A stretch of DNA of 64,000 nt from Chloroflexia bacterium (GTDB taxonomy: Bacteria > Chloroflexota > Chloroflexia > DTKN01), in assembly GCA_034433695.1 (NCBI GenBank), contig DAOUAK010000038.1, positions 2,758 to 66,757 of the forward strand. The letters are read 5' to 3'. Of the stretch, positions 49,816 to 60,160 are shown piece after piece. Both the position numbers and the translations under genes were made by a program. Below the pieces are notes generated by a model that saw only the letters and a program-made list of their open reading frames with translations, was not told the origin of the DNA and did not search any database. Every line of letters begins with the position of its first letter. Position 1 is the first letter of the stretch.

Positions 49816-52308
49816 ATGGGTAATCCGTTGGACCGATTTACCGAACGCGCCAGACGGGTGTTGAGCCTGGCCCAGGAGGAGGCCAGCGCCCTCAACCATC
49901 GCTATATCGGCACCGAGCACATCCTTTTGGGGCTTATTCGGGAGGGCGAGGGCACGGCGGCCCGTGTCCTGGCCGAGATGGGAGTGAACGCGGAAAAAGT
50001 GCGCGAGGCCATTGAACTCCTGGTAGGCCGGCCGGAACGGACCTCCTCCCACGAGCGAGAGTTGACGGCCCAGGCCAAAAAGGCGCTGGAGTACGCGATG
50101 GAGGAGGCTCGCCGCCTCAGCCACAGTTATATCGGCACGGAGCACCTCCTCCTGGGCATCCTCCGCGGGCAGGACAATGTGGCCACCAGCATTCTGGATA
50201 ACGTCGGAGCCAACCCCAATAAGGTGCGGGAACGCCTCCTCCAGGTCCTGCAGGAAGTTCCGGCGGCCGTATCGGCCCCGCAGACCCGGCAGAGCAAGAC
50301 CCCCTACATCGACGCCCTGGGGCTGGACCTGACCGAGGCCGCCCGGGCCGGCCGGCTGGACCCGGTCATCGGTCGCGAGACCGAGATCGAGCGGGTCATC
50401 CAGATCCTCTCCCGCCGAACCAAAAACAACCCGGCGCTGGTGGGTGACCCCGGCGTGGGCAAGACGGCCATCGTCGAAGGCCTGGCCCAGCGTATTGTGC
50501 GCGGCGAGGTGCCCGAACACCTCCTGAACAAGCGCCTCCTGGCCCTGGACATGGGCGCCGTGGTCGCCGGAACCAAATACCGGGGCCAGTTCGAGGAACG
50601 TCTGAAGCGGGTGGTGGACGAAATTCGGGAAACCGGGAGCATCCTCTTCATCGACGAGTTCCACACCATTATCGGGGCCGGCGGGGCGGAAGGCAGTCTG
50701 GACGCGGCCAACATCCTCAAGCCGGCCCTTTCCCGCGGCCAGATTCAATGCATCGGGGCTACCACCCTGGATGATTACCGCAAATACATCGAGCGCGATG
50801 CCGCCCTGGAACGGCGTTTCCAGCCGGTCTATGTGAACGAACCCTCGGTGGAAGAAACGATCCATATCCTTCGCGGCATCGCTCCCCGCTACGAGGACTT
50901 TCACCAGGTCAAAATCAGCGATGAAGCCTTGATCGCCGCCGCCCGCCTCTCCGCCCGGTATATCAGCGATCGCCACCTGCCGGATAAGGCCATCGACCTG
51001 ATGGACGAGGCGGCCGCCCGCGTGCGTATGTACCGGTTGGGCACCGCCTCTCCGTTACGCCAGGCCCTCCAGGAACTGGAGACGCTACGCCGGCGCAAGG
51101 ACGTCGCGGTGGAACAGCAGAATTTCGAGCAGACCATCGCCCTGCGGGAGGAAGAAAACCGCCTGCTGCCCCGCATCGAGGAACTGCGCCGGGGACAAAC
51201 GATGGAATCGCGCCCGATGGTTTCGGCCGAGGACATCGCCGAGGTGGCCTCGATGTGGACAGGTATCCCGATGACCCGTCTGGCCCAGGAGGAGTCGGCC
51301 CGTCTGGTGCGCATGGAGGAAGAGTTGCACAAACGCATCGTTGGCCAGGACGAGGCCATTCAGATCGTCTCTCGGGCCATCCGACGGGCACGGGCCGGCC
51401 TGAAAGACCCCCGTCGGCCCATCGGCTCCTTCATCTTCCTCGGCCCCACCGGCGTGGGCAAGAGTGAATTGGCCCGCGCCCTGGCCGAATTCCTCTTCGG
51501 CACCGAGGATGCCCTGATCAAACTCGATATGTCCGAATTTATGGAGCGCCACACCGCCGCCCGCCTGGTCGGCGCTCCCCCGGGCTACATCGGCTACGGC
51601 GAAGGGGGGCAACTCACCGATGCCGTGCGCAACCGCCCCTACAGCGTGGTCCTCCTGGACGAGATCGAAAAGGCCCACCCCGACGTCTTCAACCTCCTCC
51701 TGCAACTGATGGAGGACGGCTGCCTGACCGATGCCAAAGGGTGCAAGGTGGACTTTCGCAACGTCGTCCTGGTGATGACCTCCAACGTGGCCGCCGAAAA
51801 GATTATCCGCGGCTCCACCTGGGGCTTTTCTTCGCGCAGCGACCAGAGGGCGACGGAACTGCGCGAGTATGAGGCGATGAAGGAAAAGGTGCTGGCCGAA
51901 CTGAAGGACCTCTTCCGCCCCGAATTCCTCAACCGCGTGGATGCCATCGTCGTCTTCCACGCCCTCAACCCCGATCACATCCGCCAGATCGCCCGGTTAC
52001 AACTGCGTCGGGTGGAGGAACAGTTGCGGGAGGCCGGCTTCACCTTGGAAGTCACCGATGCGGCCGTGAACCTGCTGGCCCAGCGCGGCTTTGACAGTGC
52101 CTTTGGGGCCCGACCGCTCAAGCGGGTCATCACCAACCTTCTGGAGGACCCCCTGGCCGAGGCCATCCTGCATGGCCGCTTCCATGCCGGCGATACCATC
52201 GTCGTGGATGCCCTGGACGAGCAAATCGTCTTCCGGGCCGCCGGGGAGCCGGCCCTGGCCCCACCGGAGGACACAGGGGTGGCGCTTCAGGAGGTGAAGA
52301 CGAATTAG
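49816..52308 (+). CDS. clpC: ATP-dependent Clp protease ATP-binding subunit ClpC
   Basis: Double Clp-N repeat ([16 protein letters not shown]..., [10 protein letters not shown]), two AAA modules ([16 protein letters not shown]), and a UVR-like middle motif. Confidence 0.92.
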   Translation: MGNPLDRFTERARRVLSLAQEEASALNHRYIGTEHILLGLIREGEGTAARVLAEMGVNAEKVREAIELLVGRPERTSSHERELTAQAKKALEYAMEEARRLSHSYIGTEHLLLGILRGQDNVATSILDNVGANPNKVRERLLQVLQEVPAAVSAPQTRQSKTPYIDALGLDLTEAARAGRLDPVIGRETEIERVIQILSRRTKNNPALVGDPGVGKTAIVEGLAQRIVRGEVPEHLLNKRLLALDMGAVVAGTKYRGQFEERLKRVVDEIRETGSILFIDEFHTIIGAGGAEGSLDAANILKPALSRGQIQCIGATTLDDYRKYIERDAALERRFQPVYVNEPSVEETIHILRGIAPRYEDFHQVKISDEALIAAARLSARYISDRHLPDKAIDLMDEAAARVRMYRLGTASPLRQALQELETLRRRKDVAVEQQNFEQTIALREEENRLLPRIEELRRGQTMESRPMVSAEDIAEVASMWTGIPMTRLAQEESARLVRMEEELHKRIVGQDEAIQIVSRAIRRARAGLKDPRRPIGSFIFLGPTGVGKSELARALAEFLFGTEDALIKLDMSEFMERHTAARLVGAPPGYIGYGEGGQLTDAVRNRPYSVVLLDEIEKAHPDVFNLLLQLMEDGCLTDAKGCKVDFRNVVLVMTSNVAAEKIIRGSTWGFSSRSDQRATELREYEAMKEKVLAELKDLFRPEFLNRVDAIVVFHALNPDHIRQIARLQLRRVEEQLREAGFTLEVTDAAVNLLAQRGFDSAFGARPLKRVITNLLEDPLAEAILHGRFHAGDTIVVDALDEQIVFRAAGEPALAPPEDTGVALQEVKTN

Positions 52309-52398
52309 CCGGTCGGCTATATCATCTCCATGATCCCGCACGACCTGGACCTCTACTTCACCCTGTAATGTAGATCACTCGCAATTTTTAAAAGTCGG

Positions 52399-52415
52399 AG
52401 TATAATGATTATACT
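52399..52415. promoter_or_regulatory. Perfect 17-bp palindrome containing TATAAT on both strands (promoter/operator candidate)
   Basis: AGTATAAT-G-ATTATACT, inside the most AT-rich island of the window (52383-52418). Confidence 0.5.
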
Positions 52416-52579
52416 GAGCTTCTGCCACCTCTCCTACCTACCCTCCCCGGCAGAAGATGGGGCAGTACTCGGGTATCCTTTTAGGCAAGCGGGTTATAAC
52501 ATCCAAGAAAGGAGGGCTATTTGAACCTCTCTTGGACCCAGGACCTGTCTTTTGCGTTTTCCTATCTAGGAGGAATCCC

Positions 52580-54277
52580 ATGCGACGCGCACGTGTTTGG
52601 TTCCCGATTTTGGTATCCGCCCTGATCGTTGCCCTGATTTCGGTCGGTGTGACCCTGGCCGGCGGCCCACCGATCCCTCCTGACGCCACGCCGCCCCCTC
52701 CTCAACAGCCCCGGCTTCCGGAACGCCACCCCGGCAACGCCCCCGCCGGCCAGGAAACGACCGGGGCCGGCCTGACGGTCGTCCCGACCGGCCAGATCAG
52801 TTACCAGGGGAAACTCCTCCAGAACGGCGCTCCTTACAACGGCAACATCAACATCACCTTCCGCCTCTATAGGGAGGCAAGTGGCGGCACCGCCTTCTGG
52901 GAGGAGACCCAGAATGTGGCCGTCTCGAACGGCCTTTTCAACGTGTTGCTGGGCGCGGTCAACCCGATGGCCGACGCCCAGGAGTTCTATGAGCAGGTCT
53001 GGCTGGGCATCCAGCCGGCCGGAGCCTCGGCCGAACTCACCCCCCGCCAGCCGCTGAGCACCGTGGGCTATGCCATGAACCTCCTCCCCGGAGCGACGAT
53101 GGTGGACCCCGGCCTCACGGGCTACTGGACCTCGTTCTACGTAGAAAGCCATAACCACCCCGCTATATACGGTTTCTCCGACACCGACATCGCCATCACC
53201 GGCGAGACCTCCTACACCGATACCAGCGCCATCGCAGGGCTTTCCTACGGTTGGGCCGGCACCGGCCTCTACGGCTATGCCGAACAGAACGGCACCGGCG
53301 TCTACGGCTACGGTGAGGGCACCGGCGGACTCTTCGGCGGCGGTATCGGCGTCTACGGCGAGGGCAGGAACGGCTTCTTCAGCGTCGGCGTCTACGGCGA
53401 GGGCGATACCTGGGGCGTCTTTGGCACCGGATTCTTCGGCGTGGCGGGCAGCAGCATGGTCACGGAAAGTATCGGCGTCTATGGCATAAGCAGCGGGTCC
53501 GATGCCAGCGGCGTCTACGGCGATATGACCGGCGATGTGCCGTCTTGCCCCGGGGGCGACACCCACTGCGGTGCCGGGGTCTACGGCACCGCCTCCGGCG
53601 ATGCCTACGGCTCCTTCTTCTACGGGAAAAACCGTTCCAGCATCATCGCTTTGGTCGCGCCGGACAACTACTACGGCCTGTGGGTGGACACGTTGGCGTC
53701 TCCGGATGGGGTCGGCATCTGGACAGACGGCCAGAGCCAGTTCGACGACTATGTCATCTTCAACGGCGGCAAGAGCGGCTACGTCGTGGACATCGCCCGC
53801 AACGGCGGGACGGAGCCTTTGGAGCGCGGCGACGTCGTGGTCATCAGCGGCTATGACAGCCCCGTCGTCGGCAACATTCCGGTCATCGTGGTGACCAAAG
53901 CCACGGAGGCCAACGCCACCGGCGTCGTCGGGGTGGTGGACGTGCTCTATGTGCCGTGCGACCGACCCCAGGAGGAGTTACAGGCCGGCGAGGCCTGCGG
54001 CGGCTTCGAGGAGAGCGTTACCACCATCCGGCCTGGCCAGTACCTCGCCGTGGTCACGCTGGGAGCCTATGGCTACATCAAGGTGGATGCCTCGGGCGGC
54101 CCGATCCGCCCCGGCGACCTCTTGACCGCCTCCTCCGTAGCCGGATATGCCGCCAAGGCTCCGCTCCTCACCGTGGAGGGCGTCTCCTTCCACGCTCCCG
54201 GGACGATCATCGGCAAGGCCCTGGGCGGTCTGGACAAAGGCACGGGGTTCATTCCGGTCTTTGTCTCGGCCCGCTAG
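52580..54277 (+). CDS. Secreted or anchored Gly-rich repeat protein of unknown function
   Basis: ATG follows AGGAGG. Signal/anchor MRRARVWFPILVSALIVALISVGV, then a Pro-rich linker. The module ISYQGKLLQNGAPYNGNINITFRLY...WEETQNVAVSNGLFNVLLG is followed by at least 10 GVYG/GVFG-type short repeats and a beta-rich C-terminal domain. Confidence 0.7.
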   Translation: MRRARVWFPILVSALIVALISVGVTLAGGPPIPPDATPPPPQQPRLPERHPGNAPAGQETTGAGLTVVPTGQISYQGKLLQNGAPYNGNINITFRLYREASGGTAFWEETQNVAVSNGLFNVLLGAVNPMADAQEFYEQVWLGIQPAGASAELTPRQPLSTVGYAMNLLPGATMVDPGLTGYWTSFYVESHNHPAIYGFSDTDIAITGETSYTDTSAIAGLSYGWAGTGLYGYAEQNGTGVYGYGEGTGGLFGGGIGVYGEGRNGFFSVGVYGEGDTWGVFGTGFFGVAGSSMVTESIGVYGISSGSDASGVYGDMTGDVPSCPGGDTHCGAGVYGTASGDAYGSFFYGKNRSSIIALVAPDNYYGLWVDTLASPDGVGIWTDGQSQFDDYVIFNGGKSGYVVDIARNGGTEPLERGDVVVISGYDSPVVGNIPVIVVTKATEANATGVVGVVDVLYVPCDRPQEELQAGEACGGFEESVTTIRPGQYLAVVTLGAYGYIKVDASGGPIRPGDLLTASSVAGYAAKAPLLTVEGVSFHAPGTIIGKALGGLDKGTGFIPVFVSAR

Positions 54278-54287
54278 GAGGGATGCC

Positions 54288-54578
54288 ATGCGCAAGCAAG
54301 TCGGTCGGATCCTCTTCTCCCTCCTGGTGTTGACCCTGTTCGGCGGCACCGTCCTGGCGCAGACCGGCGACGGCTTCGACCTGACCTGGAACGTGATCGG
54401 CGGGGGCGGCGGAGGCGGCCCGATGACCGGGAGCGACTTCTTCGTGGACAGCACCCTCGGTCAGACGGCCATCGGGCCGGCCACCCAGGGAGACTGGTGG
54501 CTCGGCCAGGGCTACTGGTACGGCACCCCGTCCGCCTTTGGGGTCTACCTCCCGGTGGTCCTCAAGGGCTGGGATTGA
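54288..54578 (+). CDS. Small secreted protein (96 aa) with a Gly7 run and a C-terminal VYLPVVLKGWD
   Basis: ATG follows AGGAGGG. Signal MRKQVGRILFSLLVLTLFGGTVLAQ. The gene starts 11 nt after the upstream stop. Confidence 0.6.
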   Translation: MRKQVGRILFSLLVLTLFGGTVLAQTGDGFDLTWNVIGGGGGGGPMTGSDFFVDSTLGQTAIGPATQGDWWLGQGYWYGTPSAFGVYLPVVLKGWD

Positions 54579-54672
54579 GCCGGCGGCAGGGGGCGAACCT
54601 TTGCCCTGCTGCTCCGCTGACCCTCCGGGCACGTAAGGAGGGATTGCATCCACCTGGAAAGCCTATCCAACC

Positions 54673-54706
54673 GGCCAAGGCCCAGGTTCCGGCCTGGGCC
54701 TTGGCC
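54673..54706 (+). terminator. Intrinsic terminator hairpin
   Basis: GGCCAAGGCCCAGG (54673-54686), loop TTCCGG, then CCTGGGCCTTGGCC (54693-54706). The stem is a perfect 14 bp, followed by TTCTCT. Confidence 0.65.
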
Positions 54707-54780
54707 TTCTCTGGAAGGCCGGCCCGGCCAGGGCTACCCCATGGCTCCATCGGCGTCCTCCTCCGGGTATTCTCCCGCAT

Positions 54781-54809
54781 TTGACAAAACGGCTTCCCGG
54801 CTATATACT
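54781..54809 (+). promoter_or_regulatory. Sigma-70 promoter for the marR-ABC operon, with a nearby small palindrome
   Basis: TTGACA (54781-54786), a 17-nt spacer, then TATACT (54804-54809). GAATA-gaaa-TATTC at 54813-54826 is a possible MarR operator. Confidence 0.65.
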
Positions 54810-54850
54810 TCGGAATAGAAATATTCGGAAACGAATTATGGAGGTACGCG

Positions 54851-55297
54851 ATGGACGAGGCCGGCCGGAAACTCTTTACCGAGACCATCCACGCCTTCCT
54901 TTCCGTCTACCGTTACCTGCGGCGCTATTCGCGCCAGGTTCAAGAAAAAGGGCTCAGCGGCCGACAGGTCTCGACCCTGCGTTACCTCCTGGAGGCCGGT
55001 CCCCAGACGATCGGGCAACTGCGGGACTATCTCTATCTGAACGACAGCACCACCTCAGAACTCGTAACCCGCCTGGAGCAGGCCGGCCTGGTCGTCCGTT
55101 CCCGTTCCGGGAGCGATAGCCGCGTCGTCTTTGTCCACCTGACCCCGGCCGGCCGCGAGACCGCACTCCGCATCCCCCTTGGGGGCATCCCGCTCCTGCG
55201 AGAGCGGCTCAAGCGCCTGCCGCCGGACCGGCTGGCACGCATCCGCGACGCGATGCGTGAAGTCGGCGACCTTCTGGAGATCCCCGATGAATGCTGA
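54851..55297 (+). CDS. MarR family transcriptional regulator
   Basis: 148 aa with a winged-HTH pattern (LSGRQVSTLRYLLEAGPQTIGQLRDYLYLNDSTTSELVTRLEQAGLVVR). Confidence 0.85.
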   Translation: MDEAGRKLFTETIHAFLSVYRYLRRYSRQVQEKGLSGRQVSTLRYLLEAGPQTIGQLRDYLYLNDSTTSELVTRLEQAGLVVRSRSGSDSRVVFVHLTPAGRETALRIPLGGIPLLRERLKRLPPDRLARIRDAMREVGDLLEIPDEC

Positions 55298-57182
55298 GCC
55301 CCTCGCTTCCGGGGTGCCGCGCCGTAGTGGTTCGCTTCGCCTCCTGGGGCGTTGCCTGAGTTACCTGCGACCCAGCGGGCCGCTGGTCTTTTTCTCCTAC
55401 CTCTTCGACATGCTCTGCAACGGCATTGCGCTGGTCATCCCCCTGATCATCCGCGCCATCGTGGACCGGGGCATCAGGGGCGGGGATGTTCCCACGATCG
55501 GGCGGGGCGTCGCCGCCTTGATGGGACTGGCCCTCGTCCGGGGCTTGTTCACCTTCCTTTCCGGCCGCTGGACCGAGATCGCTTCGCAGAACGTTGCCTA
55601 CGATCTGCGGAATGCGTTGTACGCCAAATTGCAATCGCTTTCTTTTTCCTACCACGACCGGGCGGAGACAGGGCAACTCCTCACCCGGGCGGTGAGCGAT
55701 GTGGACCGGGTGCGTTTCCTCACCGGCCGGGCCCTCGTGCGACTGGTCGAGGCGTTGACGCTGCTTCTGGGCATCGCCGTAGCCATGATTCTGCTCCACC
55801 CTACTCTGGCGCTGGTGACCCTGGTGGTCGTTCCGTTGCTCGTTCACCGGGCGCTGGTCTTCGGCCGCCGCTACCGGCCGCTGGCGCAGGCGATTCAACA
55901 ACAACTTTCGGCGCTTACGGCCTTCCTAGAGCAGAATCTGCGGGGAGCACGGATTGTCAAAGCCTTCGCCCAGGAGAGGGCCGAGATTCAACGCTTTGAG
56001 AAGGAAAACGCTGCTCTCTTTGGGCTGAACGTGTCGGCCGCGCGTGTACGGGCGCTCAACCTGCCGCTCCTGCGCCTCCTGGTCAACACCGCCACCGTCC
56101 TTATCCTCCTCTACGGCGGGTCGCTGGTCATGGACGGAGGGTTGACGATCGGCGCCCTGGTCGCTTTCACCACCTACGTGGGGCAACTTCTGATTCCCGT
56201 CCGTCGCCTGGGCATGATCATCCCGGCCATCTCCCAGGCGCTGGCCTCGAGCGAGCGCATCTTTGAGATTCTGGATGCCCCTTCCGAAGTCGCCGACCGG
56301 CCGGATGCCGAGCCGCTCGGACCGGTGCAGGGACACATCCGCTTTGAGCATGTCCACTTTGCCTACTTCGGCCGCCACCGCGTCCTGGAGGATGTGGACT
56401 TTGAGGTACAGCCCGGCCAGGTGGTCGCCCTCCTGGGCACGACCGGCTCGGGCAAGAGCACGATTATCAACCTGATTCCCCGCTTCTATGACCCGACCCG
56501 TGGCCGCATCCTCATAGACGGACGCGACATCCGGGGGGTGACGCTGGCCTCACTGCGTAGGCAGATCGGCATCGTCCTCCAGGATACCACGCTCTTTGCA
56601 GCGACCGTCCGGGAGAACATCGCCTTCGGCCGGCCCGACGCCACGGAGGAAGAGATCGTGGCCGCGGCCCGGAGTGCTGCCGCCCACGATTTCATCATGG
56701 AACTGCCGCAACAATATGACACCCGCATCGGGGAACGCGGGGTGACCCTCTCCGGCGGCCAGAAGCAACGCATTGCCATCGCCCGGGCCATCCTCAAGGA
56801 CCCGCGCATCCTGATTCTGGACGACGCCACCTCCAGCGTGGATGCCGAAACCGAGGCGCTCATCCAGGAGGCCCTGGCCCGGCTGATGGAAGGACGGACC
56901 ACCTTCATCATCGCTCAGCGCCTGAGCACGATTCGCCGGGCCGACCTGGTTCTGGTCCTGGAAAACGGCCGCATCGTGGCCCGGGGACGCCGGACGGCGG
57001 AGCACACCGCCCACGAAGAACTCTTACGCACCTGCGGGTTGTACGCCGAGATTTACTACCGCCAACTGCGGCCCCAGGAGGAGTTACTTCAGGCCACCTA
57101 TACGCCGATGGACCTTGCTCGGCCCGAGGTTGTCTCGTCGGCGGGGGGCCACAGCGGCAACTTTGGAGATTCAGAGCGATGA
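55287..57182 (+). CDS. ABC transporter permease/ATP-binding protein (type I exporter half-transporter)
   Basis: ATG 55287 overlaps the marR 3' end. A 6-TM domain is followed by Walker A GTTGSGKST, signature LSGGQKQRIAIARA, and Walker B ILILDDATS. Confidence 0.88.
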   Translation: MNAEPLASGVPRRSGSLRLLGRCLSYLRPSGPLVFFSYLFDMLCNGIALVIPLIIRAIVDRGIRGGDVPTIGRGVAALMGLALVRGLFTFLSGRWTEIASQNVAYDLRNALYAKLQSLSFSYHDRAETGQLLTRAVSDVDRVRFLTGRALVRLVEALTLLLGIAVAMILLHPTLALVTLVVVPLLVHRALVFGRRYRPLAQAIQQQLSALTAFLEQNLRGARIVKAFAQERAEIQRFEKENAALFGLNVSAARVRALNLPLLRLLVNTATVLILLYGGSLVMDGGLTIGALVAFTTYVGQLLIPVRRLGMIIPAISQALASSERIFEILDAPSEVADRPDAEPLGPVQGHIRFEHVHFAYFGRHRVLEDVDFEVQPGQVVALLGTTGSGKSTIINLIPRFYDPTRGRILIDGRDIRGVTLASLRRQIGIVLQDTTLFAATVRENIAFGRPDATEEEIVAAARSAAAHDFIMELPQQYDTRIGERGVTLSGGQKQRIAIARAILKDPRILILDDATSSVDAETEALIQEALARLMEGRTTFIIAQRLSTIRRADLVLVLENGRIVARGRRTAEHTAHEELLRTCGLYAEIYYRQLRPQEELLQATYTPMDLARPEVVSSAGGHSGNFGDSER

Positions 57183-58999
57183 CCTTTTCTTTCGGCATAG
57201 CCCAGGGACCGGGCCACGTACTCGAGGGTTTCGGCGCCAAAGAAGCAACGGGCCGCATCAGCGGGCGCGTGCTCCTGCGCCTGCTCCGCTTCGTCCTTCC
57301 CCACTGGCGTCAGATGCTGCTTGCCGTGGCCCTGATGATCCTCTCCTCCCTGCTCAACCTGGCCGTGCCGTATCTCATCAAGGTGGCCATTGACGATCAC
57401 ATCGCCGCCGGCGATTTTCACGGGTTGCTGTCCGTCTGCCTCTATCTGGCCGGCGCCCTGCTGGTCATCTATTTGGCCTCGGCCGGCCAGACCTATATTC
57501 TCTCCTGGATCGGCCAGCGCGTCCTGTACACACTACGCCGTCTGCTTTTTCGCCACCTTCAGGACCTTTCCGTGCCCTATCACGACCGGCACATCGTCGG
57601 CGTGACGATCTCACGGGTGGTCAACGATGTCGAGGTGATCAACGAACTCCTTTCCCAGGGGCTGGTCAGTATGCTGAGCGATGGGATCCTGCTCCTGGGA
57701 ACGATCGGGGTGATGGTAGCGATGGAGGTGCGGCTGGCCCTGCTCACCTTCGGCGTCCTTCCCCTGATGGTAGGGCTTACGGTCTGGTTCGGGCGTCGGG
57801 CGCGTATGGCCTTCCGCCAGACGCGGGAGACGATCGGCGCGGTGGTCGGAGATTTGGCAGAGAACCTGAGCGGTATGCGGGTGATCCAAGCCTTTGCTCA
57901 GGAAAAGACCACCCAGGAGCGTTTCGAGGCACTGAATCGGGAGAACCGCGATGCCTATGTCGGCGCGATGTCGCTTTCGTTCATCTTCCTGCCGGCCGTG
58001 GACATCCTGAGCCTGATGGCGATCGCCATCGTCCTCTCCGCAGGTGGGGTAATGGCGGCGCAGGGGGTGCTGACGATCGGCGTGGTGGTCGCTTTCCTGA
58101 GTTATGTCAGCCGTTTCTTCGAGCCGATCCAGGACCTAAGCCAGCTTTATACCATCCTGCAGGCGGCAACGGCCGGGGGGGAGCGCGTCCTGGAACTCCT
58201 GGACCAGAGGCCGCTGGTTCAGGATCGCCCCGGCGCCATCGAGGCTCCGCCCCTGGCCGGCCGGGTGGAACTGCGCGACGTAAGTTTCGCCTATCCGGGA
58301 GGAGAGGAGGTCCTGCATCATATCCACCTGACCATCGAACCGGGGGAAACCGTCGCCCTGGTTGGCCCCACCGGGGCGGGCAAGACCTCCATCGTCAATC
58401 TGGTGGCCCGTTTCTATGAGGCGAGCGAAGGCGTGGTGCTGGTGGATGGATACGATATACGCGATCTCACGGCGGAGAGCCTGCACCGGCAGATGGGACT
58501 GGTGCCCCAGGACCCCTTCCTCTTCCCCGGCACCCTTGCCGACAACATCCGTTTTGGCCGGCCGGAAGCCGATATGGAAGAGGTTGTTGCCGCCGCCCGA
58601 CTGGCCAACGCCGACGCCTTTATTCGCAACCTGCCCGAGGGATATGACACCCGGGTTCTGGAAGGCGGGGTCAACCTTTCCCACGGGCAGCGCCAGTTGA
58701 TCTGCATTGCCCGGGCCCTTCTGGTGAATCCGCGCATCCTCATCCTGGATGAGGCCACCTCCAGCGTGGATACCCTAACGGAGGCGCTCATCCAGGAGGC
58801 GCTGGCCCGGTTACTGGCCGGCCGCACGGCCATTGTCATCGCCCATCGGCTGAGCACGGTGCGCAATGCCGACCGCATCTTTGTGCTGGACGGTGGCCGC
58901 ATCGTGGAACAGGGCCGGCACGAGGAGTTGCTGGCGGCCGGCGGGCTATATCGGGAATTGTACGAAAAGCAATTCCTTGCGCGCAACGGTTCGGTCTGA
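57179..58999 (+). CDS. ABC transporter permease/ATP-binding protein (partner half-transporter)
   Basis: ATGA overlap with the upstream gene. Walker A GPTGAGKTS, signature LSHGQRQLICIARA, and Walker B ILILDEATS. Confidence 0.88.
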   Translation: MTFSFGIAQGPGHVLEGFGAKEATGRISGRVLLRLLRFVLPHWRQMLLAVALMILSSLLNLAVPYLIKVAIDDHIAAGDFHGLLSVCLYLAGALLVIYLASAGQTYILSWIGQRVLYTLRRLLFRHLQDLSVPYHDRHIVGVTISRVVNDVEVINELLSQGLVSMLSDGILLLGTIGVMVAMEVRLALLTFGVLPLMVGLTVWFGRRARMAFRQTRETIGAVVGDLAENLSGMRVIQAFAQEKTTQERFEALNRENRDAYVGAMSLSFIFLPAVDILSLMAIAIVLSAGGVMAAQGVLTIGVVVAFLSYVSRFFEPIQDLSQLYTILQAATAGGERVLELLDQRPLVQDRPGAIEAPPLAGRVELRDVSFAYPGGEEVLHHIHLTIEPGETVALVGPTGAGKTSIVNLVARFYEASEGVVLVDGYDIRDLTAESLHRQMGLVPQDPFLFPGTLADNIRFGRPEADMEEVVAAARLANADAFIRNLPEGYDTRVLEGGVNLSHGQRQLICIARALLVNPRILILDEATSSVDTLTEALIQEALARLLAGRTAIVIAHRLSTVRNADRIFVLDGGRIVEQGRHEELLAAGGLYRELYEKQFLARNGSV

Positions 59000-59025
59000 G
59001 GGGCTGCCCTTTCCCCGTGGGTCTT

Positions 59026-60006
59026 TCATTTATCTAGCATCCGCGCCATCTCGTAGAGGCGCATATCCAGCACCTTGCGCCGGCCGGTCACCTCTTCCAG
59101 AGGAACGCTCACCGCCTCGCCGTGGGATAGGCCCACCATCACTCCCCGCTCGCCGGCCAGGAGTTTCTCCACCGCCGCCACCCCCAGCCGCGTCGCCAGG
59201 ATGCGGTCAAAGGCGCTGGGGGAACCGCCACGCTGCACGTGCCCCAGAATCGTCACCCGCGTCTCGAAGCCGGTTTCCTCCCGGTGCTGGTCCAGGTAGA
59301 CTTTGATCTCTTCGGCGCGGTGGCTGGCCCCTTCGGCCACCACGATGATGCAGTGGGACTTGCCTTTGATGTAGGCGTTCTGCAATCCGCGCAGCACTTC
59401 CTCCAGCGTAAAGGGCACCTCCGGGATCAGCACCAGTTCCGCCCCGCCGGCGATCCCGCCCATGAGCGCCAGGTAGCCGCAGTCCCGCCCCATCGTCTCG
59501 ATGAGAAAGGCCCGGCGGTGGGAAGAGGCCGTGTCCTTGATCATATCAATGGAGCGCAGGAGCGTGTTCAGCGCCGTATCCACGCCGATGGCCATCTCCG
59601 TCCCGTAGATATCGTTGTCGATCGAGCCGGGGACCCCGATTACGGTAAAGCCCTTCCGGTGCAGTTCCAGCGCCCCCCGCAGGGACCCATCTCCGCCGAT
59701 GACCACCAGGGCATCCAGGGCGTTTTCGTTCAGGTTGCGCAGCGCCTCCATCTGTCCCCGAGGGGTCATGAACTCGGGCGAGCGGGCCGTCCCCAGGATG
59801 GTTCCGCCGCGCTGGATGATGCCCCCAACGGAGCGGGCGGTCATCTCCTCCATATCGTTGTCAATGAGTCCCTGGTAGCCTCGGCGGATGCCCACGGGGG
59901 TCACCTGATGCTCCAGCGCCGTGCGCACCACGGCGCGGATGGCCGGGTTCATGCCGGGGCCATCTCCCCCGCTGGTCAGGACACCGATTCGGCGAATCGC
60001 GCCCAT
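59026..60006 (-). CDS. pfkA: ATP-dependent 6-phosphofructokinase
   Basis: IGVLTSGGDGPGMNPAIRAVV, GGDGSL, PGSIDND, MGRDCGYLAL. I prefer ATG 60006; the track's TTG start at 60012 is the alternative. Confidence 0.9.
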   Translation of the reverse strand: MGAIRRIGVLTSGGDGPGMNPAIRAVVRTALEHQVTPVGIRRGYQGLIDNDMEEMTARSVGGIIQRGGTILGTARSPEFMTPRGQMEALRNLNENALDALVVIGGDGSLRGALELHRKGFTVIGVPGSIDNDIYGTEMAIGVDTALNTLLRSIDMIKDTASSHRRAFLIETMGRDCGYLALMGGIAGGAELVLIPEVPFTLEEVLRGLQNAYIKGKSHCIIVVAEGASHRAEEIKVYLDQHREETGFETRVTILGHVQRGGSPSAFDRILATRLGVAAVEKLLAGERGVMVGLSHGEAVSVPLEEVTGRRKVLDMRLYEMARMLDK

Positions 60007-60061
60007 CTTCAACCCCAGATACCGGCCCCAGGGCCGTTTTTCCTAAAGATGCCCATTGGGG

Positions 60062-60090
60062 ATTATACTACCCCCTTCGGGTTTGAGCAA
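60062..60090 (-). promoter_or_regulatory. Promoter candidate for pfkA
   Basis: On the minus strand, TTGCTC (60090-60085), a 17-nt spacer, then TATAAT (60067-60062). Confidence 0.55.
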
Positions 60091-60160
60091 AACCTTTTGG
60101 AGTGGGCTGATCCGGTCCCGCCTACGAAGCACCGTGTTCGGCAAGCACTCCACGGGAAGA

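Noticed and set aside
48403-50976. An 857-aa minus-strand ORF running antisense across rpsA, the intergenic gap and the first half of clpC.
   Set aside because: Its translation is low-complexity and rich in Gly, Ala, Arg and Pro, with no recognisable motifs. The plus strand encodes unmistakable S1 and ClpC proteins. Long antisense ORFs are expected in GC-rich DNA because stop codons are rare.
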